Source: Heteronotia binoei
Taxonomy: Eukaryota
Assembly: GCF_032191835.1 (NCBI RefSeq)
Contig: NC_083223.1
Location: forward strand, 52,452,001 to 52,516,000
Reading direction: 5' to 3'
DNA: 64,000 bases
Both the position numbers and the translations under genes were made by a program. A model generated the notes under the pieces. That model did not search any database. It saw only the letters and a program-made list of their open reading frames with translations, and was not told the DNA's origin. Positions 12,511-22,945 of this stretch are shown piece after piece; the first letter of the stretch is position 1; each line of letters opens with the position of its first letter.

Positions 12511-15220
12511 TCTTCTTCCTGCTCCTCCTGTTCTACAGTAAGGCTCCACCTAGAAAAGGTTGGAACTTGTTTAATTTGCTTATTCTGAATGATTATAATT
12601 AAACCAAATGATTGGCTCATATTGCATGTTTCCTTGTAAGCAATAAACTGAGTATTTTCTGTCTGACTTCAAAATATGCTGTGCCCTGTAGAGACAGGGC
12701 ATCTTCAAGGTGCATTTTAATGCTCTCTTTGAGCCTTGGGCTGCCATCTGAACACTCCTTCTGTCGGTACTTGACCAGAACAGTTTCATTTCAGTTGAAT
12801 GCTTAAGGTCGAACATTTTGATGGCTTGGTGGTTTCTGTTGGCTTTAAGAACCGCATCTTGATATTGTTGAACTTGGTGATGGCCATGTGGGAGTCACAG
12901 GTGCTATGAAATCTTAAAGTTAGCTAGCATGAGTAGTAATTAGAAACAGCAGAACTTTATGCAGAAACAATTATTCAGAATGAAGCATGCCTGCATCACC
13001 AGTGCTATTCATCCTCAAGCTTAGGCAGTGGGATGGAACTTTTGTGCACCAGAAGCCTTTGGCCAAGTTATTTGATGGTGGTCCCATGCTGTTCACATGG
13101 GAGACAAAGGAAATGGGAACCAGCTGTCTGTCTGTCCCGGGCCTTTATCCATAATGGACTGATAATGTGAGAGAGCCAGTTTGGTGTAATGGTTAAGTGT
13201 GCAGACTCTCATTCTTGTCTGGAGTACTTTTCTTTAATTAGCATACAGTAAGAAATACAGGCTCTGTTCAGATGTAATGACAAACTGTGGCTTGTTGTTC
13301 CAGAAATTAACCTTGAAAATGCTTCCGCTCACATTCATCTTTCCCCCCAACCCCTTGCATGCAGCTTAAATACCGAAAGAATTTCTGGTTCCCAATAAAC
13401 TGTGGGTTTTAATTATGGCTTGTGCGCAAGAGATCAAAGCCAGTTTGTTGCTTTATCTGATTATGATGTCATGACAGTTTGTAGTCTGTGAATCAGATGG
13501 TCTTCAATATTTGAGGGGAGAGAGGAAGCATGCAAAGCTGAGGACTTTCAGGGCTTATTCTCATAATTATCTTAGTTTGTTATTACTTGTGAGTGCAGCA
13601 GTCAGATTGGATGGTAGGCTCTCTGATCAATGCTTAAAAGGACACTCCCTAACTTTATAGAGCAAGTTGAGTTGAATAAAAACAAGACCATATCAAACAG
13701 AACACGCTGTTGGTATGAATAAAATCTGGGGTTACTGCTTGTCTCTTCCACATTATACTGGTTTAATCCTCATTAGCTTGTATTGACATATTATGGGTTC
13801 CCCCCCCCCCATGAATGAAACTGAAGATGGCTCCTTCAGGTTGATCGCAGAATGTGAATGTCAGCATTGCACATGTTGTGGCATCAGGGATTCATGACAT
13901 TAAGGTGTACTTTAAGGAAACACTACGAAGCCTGAAAGAAACTTATTTCATTGTACTGATGCAAGAATACAATCCAGCTGGCCTTCCTAGACATCTTGAA
14001 AGAGTGGGTCAAAGCTCCTTGGCATTTTATCTCTGCTGTTAGTGTGTGTCGCGTGCTGTCACCTTCATCCTTATAGAGAAGATCCTTATGTGATTATTCT
14101 GTTCATGAATAGTAATGATCCAAAGCATGAGCTACATTTGATCAAGGTGGAGTGGGGAAGAAACCTTGTGGATTCTCCTAAAGTGCAGGCTTGTGTGGCT
14201 GTCACTTAAACAAAGACGGAGGGGGGGAAATAAAGAGCTTTTTCCATTTTGCATTCTACCAGTTTATGTTAATCCCCAAAGGAAGATTCAGCAAAAGACC
14301 GAACAATTTACAGAGACTAAATATAGCCAAGCAGAGCAGAATTGCACAACATGTAGTTTCTTTGCAAATGTCATGTGCCTTTCTTTAGCAGTCTTTTCCC
14401 CTTATGACTTAAGTTTAATTGTTACACAAAACATTAGTACATTGAAGTACATAATATCAGGCATGAAGAAAATGATGCTGGCCAGCTGTTAGTTCACACC
14501 TGTTTATTGAACCCCTTGTTAACCCCTGCCTCCTGGTTAACAGAAAGTCGGCCACATCCCCTGACAGTGGTGTGTGCCATGCATTGCTCCCTTGTTTATT
14601 CAGAGACATCTGAAACCCTTCAGGATAATGGAGTCTCAGATAAGTAGGTGAGTGTTGCAGGAGGCACATTGCTGTCTGGGGACATGGCCAACTTTCCTGT
14701 AAGGCAGGTGCGTCAGTTTAAGAGGAAGTCTGAAAACACTGTGTATAGAAGGCTAAATATATTTAGTCTCCAGAAAACAATACAGATGATCATAATGCTT
14801 TACACTCTCGCTGCATCTGGTTTTGTTGCTAAGCTATTGTGCTAAAAATGACAAGTAGATCATTCCTTGTGTTGAATGTGAGAGACAACAGTGAAGCATT
14901 AATGGTATGATGTATTCAGTAGGAACAATTTTAATTATAACTTTCCATCAGCATTGTGCAATTGTAGCAGAACCAGACAGCCGCCATACCTCAAACCCCT
15001 CCATGAACACATTTTGAAAAAAAAAAATGGGGGTGGGGATCTGGTGGAAGGAAGCAGCAGTGGCAGGACCAGAAGCTCCCTTTTATAATCCTGTCTTAAA
15101 TTCTCCTTTTGTTTCTGCAGAAAAGTAAGAGTTGCTGTCTTTCCATTGCATTTCCCTGTGGCCTGCTAAATTATTGCCTGGCACTTATTTGGTTCTTGAA
15201 GAATTTATAGACAGACAGAC

Positions 15221-15504
15221 AAAGGTAGTCCCCTGTACCAGTCACTTCCGACTCTGGGGTGACGTCGCATCACAACGTTTTCATGGCAGACTTTTTACGG
15301 TGTGGTTTGCCATTGCCTTCCCCAGTCATCTACACTCCCCCCCCCAGCAAGCTGAGTACTCATTTTACCAACCTTGGAATGATGGAACGCTCAGTCAGCC
15401 TTGAGCTGGCTACCTGAACCCAGCTTCTGCCAGGATTGAACTCAGGTCATGAGCAGAATTTGGACTGCGGTACTGCAGTTTTACCACTCTGCGCCACAGG
15501 GCTC
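15221..15504 (-). mobile_element. Sauria SINE
   Basis: Reverse complement runs from GAGCCCTGTGGCGCAGAGTGGTAAA to GGGGACTACCTTT. Confidence 0.85.
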
Positions 15505-15969
15505 ATATATGTATAAGCTTTATATATATATAAGCTTTAACATAGACCATAACAAGTTGGTTGCAACTTATTATCACATTAGTTGTTATAAGTTACAATT
15601 CAAATAACAGAATGATTGTTATAGTTATATAAATATATATAAATGCAGTTATATAAATAACATTGTCTGAGATGCATCATGTTGATAATATTAGGAATTT
15701 GTTTGTGAGAGACCAGATGTTCTAATGTTGGAAACCATACTAAAGTAAAAGTATCATTTATAATGTCAGTATCTTTAAATTTAAACACCTCTGTGAGTTT
15801 TGCCATGATTTTCTTGAAGAATCTTGACTGCATATTGCTATATGTGACTGCTGTGATAATCCCCCCCCCCAGTAGTAGTAAGGCACATCTGGAAGAATGA
15901 TAAATGTATGGGGATGGGGGAAGCTATAGTACAATCATGGAAAGCAGTGTTAACACTGCCTTGTGAACA

Positions 15970-16160
15970 GGCCTTGGCTCGGTGGTAGAGCATCTGCTTG
16001 GAATGCAGAAAGTCCTAAATTCAATCCCCAACATCTCCAGTTTAAAGGATTGAATAGTAGATGATGCGAAAGACATCTGCCTGAGACTCTGAAGAGCTGC
16101 TGCCAGTCTGAGTAGACAGGAGTGTCTTTGATGGATCAGGGGGCTGATTCAGTGTAGAGT
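15970..16160 (+). mobile_element. tRNA(Ala)-derived SINE
   Basis: Head GGCTCGGTGGTAGAGCATCTGCTTGGAATGCAG...TTCAATCCCC; body shared with 48449/49759 and 51832. Confidence 0.7.
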
Positions 16161-16843
16161 GCCAATGAATCTACCTGTTGCTCTTTTTTGCTGACAAGCC
16201 AGTGTGGTTAGAACTGAGGAGGCGTGAGATCATATCCCTATTCACAGGGTGACTTTGGGCTACTGAGTCTCTCCCAATCCTAATCTGCCTTGCAGAACTG
16301 TGAGGAAAACTAGAGAAAGGGAGACTTTTGCAAACCAGCCCTGAGCCCCTTAGTGGATGATTGGGTTAAAAATGCAACAGATGATTTCCCCTCCATACCT
16401 TCACGAAGCTCAGTATGATAAGGTCATATTCTAGGTAAAGTAATTCTAGGTAAAGTAATGAGCATCTTTGTACTTTGCATCAGTAAAAACAATTCTGACT
16501 GATTTCAGAATGAGGTTTTCTTATTCATCTTCTCAGTACAATCTGGGAACCCCCTTTTGCCTCCATGTAGTGAGAGGCTAGTCCATTTGAAGTGATTCTG
16601 GAGCCAGTTAAACCATCGCTTGTCTCCCTGAATGCCTTTAAAAAATTTTTATTAGGATAATGATATGTGCTGTAACTCTCCATGAGCCTCCAGATACAGA
16701 ATGAAGAGGATGTGTAAGATACCTTTGCAAATCCCCCAAGTACGGAGTTATTCCTGCCAAGCACCTTCCTTTTGGATTCCCTCACACTAAACCAGCACAC
16801 ATCACATATTGAGGAGGAACTTGACGTTTTCAGAGCCTTATAA

Positions 16844-17068
<225 letters not shown>

Positions 17069-17186
17069 ATCTACTCACATTCCTTCAGGTTCATTATTTT
17101 TATATTGGTTGATAATTGGAAATACTGTTTCGCAATTGTCACAACTGGAATAGCCACCCTTCTCTCTCTGGTGTAAATATTTGAAA

Positions 17187-17209
17187 AATAAAAAAAAAAT
17201 GAAAATAAA
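17187..17209 (+). terminator. Candidate polyadenylation signals of EIPR1
   Basis: AATAAA at 17187-17192 and 17204-17209, followed by T/GT-rich sequence, about 120-140 nt after the stop codon. Confidence 0.6.
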
Positions 17210-17733
17210 ATTTGTACTGTTTTCTGTTGAGTGGTGGTTATATATATAGCCAAAGTGGCGCAGATCAGTTTTAAAGCTGCAAGTCACAGTTTACCTTTTG
17301 CATGTATATGACATGTCATATTATCTGAATTAGCTGAACACAATAGTGATGTGTGTGTGTGTGTAATGTGGAAAAGGAAAGAGGACAGGGTCCAGAGAAA
17401 ATGGACTACTTACAATGACACTCTGTCATCAAAGTGATGAATTTTAGTTTTGGACACTAGGTTAGAGAGTTCAACTAGGACAAAACTCATCTAGGATAGG
17501 GTAGATCTAGTTCAGGTTCCCATTCAACTAGGATACTCACAGGGAAACGTGGGCTAACCAGTTACTTCTAAAGCCAACCTACTCCCAGGGTGCTTTTGAA
17601 GCTAAAATGGAGGGGGGGGCATTTACATTGATGGAGCTGGATAAAAAAGAGGATGATACTTTCACCAAAGTAGTTCCAGAGTGATTCAGTATTCAGACAC
17701 GTGGGATGTACTGAATCAACCAAATAGTTTTTA

Positions 17734-18920
17734 GTTTATTTATTTATTTATTTATCTGGGATTTATATCCCGCCCTTCCCACCGAGTGGCTCAGGGCGGC
17801 TTACAACATATATAAAACTAACATAAAAGTATAAAATTACACTTTAAATTAACATTTCACAATATATAATTAAAATCAAACATTTGTTATAACTATACAT
17901 CATTAAAACAGCCAGCAGTCGTGGAGCTACACTCTATTCAGCTTCAGATAAAAATTCAGTATACAATATACAGCATTCAGTAGTCGGTATACAGGGCCGT
18001 TAGTTGTGGGCCAGCCGGAAGAGGACTGTCTTACAGGCCCTGCGGAATTGGGTGAGATCCCGCAGGGCCCTTACCTCCTCCGGCAGCTGGTTCCACCAAA
18101 ATGGAGCCATTACAGAGAAGGCCCGGTCTCTTGTGATCTTCAAGCGGGCCTCCTTTGGCCTGGGGACAACCAAAAGATTTTGAGATCCCGATCTCAGTGC
18201 TCTCTGGGGAACATGCGGGGAGAGACGGTCCCTCAGGTAGGCAGGTCCTAGACCATATAGGGCTTTAAAGGTAATAACCAGCACCTTGTATCGAACTCGG
18301 TAGGATATTGGCAGCCAGTGCAGCGCCCGAAGTCCCGGCTGAATGTGCTCCCACCTTGGGAGCCCCAATAACAACCGGGCGGCGGCGTTCTGCACCAGCT
18401 GCAATTTCCGGGTTCGACACAGGGGCAGCCCCATGTAGAGGGCATTGCAGTAGTCCAGCCTCGAGGTGACCGTAGCATGGATCACCGTTGCTAGATCGTC
18501 GCGTTCCAGGAAGGGAGCCAGCTGTCTAGCCCGCCTAAGATGGAAGAATGCGGACTTGGCAGTGGCTGCTATCTGGGCCTCCATAGTTAAGGAAGGCTCC
18601 AGAAGTACCCCCAGGCTCTTGACCCTGTGCGCCGCCATCAGCGGCGCACCGTCAAAAACCGGAAGGGGTATTTCCCCCCCTGGGCCACGACGGCCCAAGC
18701 AAAGGACCTCTGTCTTCGCTGGGTTTAGCCTCAGCCCGCTCTGTTTGAGCCACCCAGCCACAGCCTGTAGCGCCCGGTCCAGATTTTGTGGGGCGGAGAC
18801 CGGCTGGCCGTCCATAAGCAGATAAAGCTGGGTGTCATCAGCATACTGGTGACAACCCAGCCCGTACCTTCGGGCAATCTGGGCGAGGGGACGCATGTAG
18901 ATGTTAAATAACATCGGGGA
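17734..18920 (-). mobile_element. Young 5'-truncated L2 LINE with unbroken RT C-terminus
   Basis: ORF 18000-19016: residues from SPMLFNIYM onward are L2-type RT, with YADD at 18834-18845 and LDYCN...LQLVQNAAAR...LHWLP motifs. AT-rich 3' UTR, (TAAA)n tail, many intact CpGs. Flanking 21-bp repeat 17713-17733 / 18919-18939 (18/21). Confidence 0.92.
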
Positions 18921-19433
18921 ATCAACCAGTGAGTTTTTACCTCTCCAAAACAATTCTGTAAGTTTTTTACATGTCCAAAACAAATAGCCATTTACTTCAT
19001 TCATAGACATCAACACCTTTCTTGTTCATGATGGCTGTAAGTATGACTTGTTTGCCATGCTCCCATTCTTTGACTCTCTTCTCCTTGCACATGGGGCATC
19101 TTGGCTTAGAAAGCCTTCAAACTAACTTTGAGTTCAGACATAAGGGGTAATTTGGTTTTTTTTCCTTCTCATATACTGGGATTAAAGTTTGATTTAGAAT
19201 CCCAGTTTGTATGGAGGGAAAAGATATGACAGCAAGAGGGAAAAGGAGGGAGGGTGTGAATGTGCCAGGTAGTGGCATGTATTCATTGAACAAATACTGC
19301 AACCTTCCTACAGCCTAAGGAGCCTTCTAATGGAAGAGCCAATTATAATGGAGGAAAGCTCTTTGGGCTGGGGTCTGTGGTTGGATAGCTGTCACTACTT
19401 ATGACTTTTTTGTAAAAATGACATAAATACTGG

Positions 19434-19613
19434 TAGAAAAAAATAATCCAGTAGAACCCGAAAGACTAACAAAATTTGTGGTAGAATATAAACTTTTGTG
19501 AGTCACTCAGATAATTGCATACCCTGCCACAAATTTTGTTAGTCTTTCAGGTGCTAGTGGACTCTTGCTCTTTTCTGCTCCTGTAGACAGAATTAACATG
19601 ACTATTCATCTTG
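19434..19613. mobile_element. Penelope-like element terminal (pseudo-LTR) relic in inverted arrangement
   Basis: Perfect 22-bp inverted repeat 19460-19481 / 19527-19548 inside longer imperfect arms; resembles the recalled reptile PLE terminus (aaagactaacaaaatt...ggtgctactggactcttgctcttttc). Confidence 0.65.
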
Positions 19614-19846
19614 AAAAAATACTGGGTTCAACAATTTTCCCCTCCCCCCTGGTTAGGGCTAGGGAAGAGAATGGATTCATGGGAGTGAAAGGCTGTGTGA
19701 TAGTGTTATCTCACATTTTAAGAAGAACTATACATTTTAAATAATAAAAATTATGGTTTCTGATTATAGGAGTTTCATGGGCACTAATTGGCTGCTCCTC
19801 TAAGGATAAACTAAGTCTGTGTGTAAGGTGCCATCAAGTTCCAGCT

Positions 19847-20380
19847 GCATGGTGTAGTGGTTAAGAGCAGTGGACTCTTAATCTGGAGAATCTGATTTGA
19901 TTCCCCACTCCTCCTCCACATGAAGCCTGCTTGGTAACCATGGGCCAGTTCTCTCAGAACTCAGCCTCACCTACCTCACAAGGTGCTTGTGAAGAAGAAG
20001 AAGAAGAAGAAAAAGACTGCAGGTTTATACCCTGCCCTTCTCTCTGGATCAGAGACTCAGAGCAGCTTACAGTCTCCTATATCTTCTCCCCCCACAACAG
20101 ACACCCTGTGAGGTGGGTGGGGCTGAGAGGGCTTTCACAGCAGCTGCCCCTTCAAGGACAACAACTGTGAGAGCTATGGCTGACCCATGGCCATTCCAGC
20201 AGGTGCAAGTGGAGGAGTGGGAAATCAACCCTGGTTCTCCCAGATAAGAGTCCGCACACTTAACCACTACACCAAACTGGCTCTCTTGTGGTGGAGAGAG
20301 GAAGGAAATATGATTGCAAGTTGCTTTGAGACTCCTCAAGGTAGAGGAAAGCAGGGTATAAAATCCTACTCTACTACTAC
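19847..20380 (+). mobile_element. Older tRNA-derived SINE interrupted by a younger SINE
   Basis: Head 19847-19991, tail 20286-20380; junction repeat CTTGTG at 19986-19991 and 20285-20290. Confidence 0.7.
19992..20285 (-). mobile_element. Squam3-like SINE nested in the SINE above
   Basis: Full reverse-strand copy with a (GAA)n tail (+ strand) and 5' end ...ACCAAACTGGCTCTC. Confidence 0.88.
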
Positions 20381-20384
20381 TTAT

Positions 20385-20536
20385 GGTGACCACATGAGGT
20401 TTTCAAGGCAACAGACTAATAGAGGTGGTTTGCCATTGCCTGCTGGTCTTGGTGGTCTCCCGACCAAGTACAAACGAGGGCCAACCCTGCTTAATTGCCA
20501 AGATCTGATGAGACTGGGATAACCTGGCCTATCCAG
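20385..20536 (-). mobile_element. 5S rRNA-derived SINE
   Basis: Reverse complement reads gtctcatcagatcttggcaattaagcagggttggccctcgtttgtacttggtcgggagaccacc, which is 5S-like. Confidence 0.65.
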
Positions 20537-22294
20537 TTTAGGAATGCCAAACTATAGGCTCTCCCAAATGCAAACTTCCAGACTTCTTATTAACTTGCAT
20601 TGCCTCAGAATAGTACTGGAATGCACTCATTTGTGTGTTTTGGGAAACCCAGAAAGTTCACCTTTCAACAGTGAGAGGAAGCAAGCCAACAGTTGCCTCG
20701 AGCCTAATTTCCGTTCACTTGAGAGTTCTTTTGTGGGACAACAGCAGCAGCAGGCGCTAGAGAGAGATCAGTGTCCTTTCTCCAGTAGGGCTATCCCCTC
20801 CCCTCACTGAATTCTAGCCATAACAGGTTACAGCTTAAATAGAACTTAATCTGAGTGCTAGTATAATGCTAACTGAAAAAGTAACTGGGGGGAGGGGGGG
20901 AAGAGTTTGTATATTTTTAATTCTGTGCATGTTTTCTCAGAAGTATGTCCCACTGTATTCAATGGGGCTTACTCCTGGGTAAAAACATCTACGTGCCACC
21001 ATTGTCCACTGCCAAATATTTTTGTGTCCCTGCTTTTTCTTCTCATCCCGATTGTTCCTGTTACAACTTCTGTTACTTTTGGTTCAAGTGAACGTGTTTC
21101 AGTGGTTGTGCAGAAGGCATTGTAAGGGCCAAATAAGCTGAGAAAAATGCTAGTAGGCCGGGAGGGGGGTGGGGAGAGATCAATACCACCCTCCTGCTAT
21201 AATTCCTGCTGTTGCTATAGTGACTGCTTGTGCTCCTGTTCAAAGGGTCAGCCTATTCCTAACCTTCCCTTGTCTTTACCCAGCTGCTGGATCGAAACAC
21301 ATCTAAACGTGATTTTTCATGTGTGTACATTGCTGCCGATACGGACTGTAAAAATGTGACAGTTTGTAGGGCCAAGAAAACCCTTGCGTTATTTTTTAAA
21401 AAAAAACACGCTGGCTTTTCTCTGACTAATAAGCCTGTGCAGACGAACTACAGATCTAAATTTATAACGCCTATTACCTCTTTCTTTCCCTCTGTATTTC
21501 AACATTTCCCACGTTTCCTCAGTAATTAGCATCACCCTTAGGGCTTTTCCTCCAAGGTTTAATATCTCATCCATTTCAGACCAGATCAACTTGACACTCT
21601 GCAGGAACTAACAGCTTGAGCTCTTCTTGGCTTCAGCAGTAAACCCTTGCTAATGAATAAATAGTGGGTTTTATTTTTTAAAAAGTGTGGGTGAGTTCAA
21701 TTTCTTATTTTTTAGTGAAGAAACTAAGCTTTACAGAATAGATCTGACTTGCCTGTAAAAGTGATCTATAACCTCATACTTCACAAGGCCATTGTTCGTA
21801 TATGGAATATGCTATGTGAATAATTAGTAATAATGCTAACAGTGGGCTTCAGCTCTTGGAAGGAAAATTGTAGTATGAAAACATTAACCAGTTTTTAACC
21901 AGGAAGAGGCTGGCCCAGCTTCCCTCTTTGCTAATATATCAATATGGTTCCTGAACCTTGGGCGTATATCATCACCAGACCCTCAACAGGTCACTCTGTT
22001 ATCTGTGCTTTCCCACTCAAATTCTCTTTGTTTCCCACATTATCTGTGAGTCATGTCTTGGGCTTGGTAAAGCCTGTTCACCTTTGTTTTTTAGCTGCTT
22101 TTATTAAAGTTTTCCCTTTTGTATAATAGTTTCAGAACTCCTTGCAGCCATTGTGATGTTTTGACTGACCACCATTTTTAGTGACCATTCAGATGGTTCC
22201 TTAGAAAATCCACCATGATATTAGATAACTTGTGTCTACATACCAAGTCAGTTTCATAGGCATACAAGATGGCAGCATCATAATGGAGATGTTA

Positions 22295-22945
22295 CATTAT
22301 TTATTTATTACTTTAAATTTCTACCCCGCCCTCTCTACAAGCAGACTCAGGGAGGCCAACAGTCAGTTCAGACATTTATATTTACAATTTAAAACCAATA
22401 AAATACAATTACAATTAAAACTTTCCATGGTGCTGTACAACTTCGATATAGGTGGGCTCTTCTTTCCTGATAGTGATCGTAGAGTAATCATAGCTCTTTA
22501 GTGGTGGGGTGGCAGTCCTCTCCCAGTTTAGATGTTAAAGGCCTGTCAGAACAGTTCAGTTTTTCAGGCCCTGCAGAAAGTAGAGAGATCCTGCAGGGCC
22601 CTTATGGCCTCTGGGAGGGCATTTCACATTTCTGGTGCTGCCACCGAAAAGGCCCTAGCCTGTGTGGAGCATAGCCTGGCCTTCTCTGGTCCAGGGTTGG
22701 ACAATAGATTTTGTGTCCCTGAATGCAGTGCTCTCTGGGGAACATGCGGAGAAAGGCAGTTCCATAGATAGGCAGGCCCCCGACTATAAAGGGCTTTAAA
22801 GGTCAACACCTTGAAACGGACTCGGTAGGTAGCCAGTGCAGCTCTTTCAGCACTGGCTGAATGTGCTCCCATCGAGGGAGCTCCATTAACAGCTGTGCCA
22901 CAGCGTTCTGCATTAACTGTAGTTTCCAAATCAGAGTCAAGGGCA
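22295..22945 (-). mobile_element. Degenerate L2 3' fragment
   Basis: ORF 22624-22929 (YRVRFKVLTFKALY...YLWNCLSPHVPQRALHSG...RAFSVAAP) is homologous to the L2 at 18000; L2 tail near 22300-22350. Confidence 0.85.

Noticed and set aside
18921-19016. N-terminal 30 residues of the 338-aa ORF
   Set aside because: Chance in-frame extension into flanking DNA beyond the L2 truncation point.
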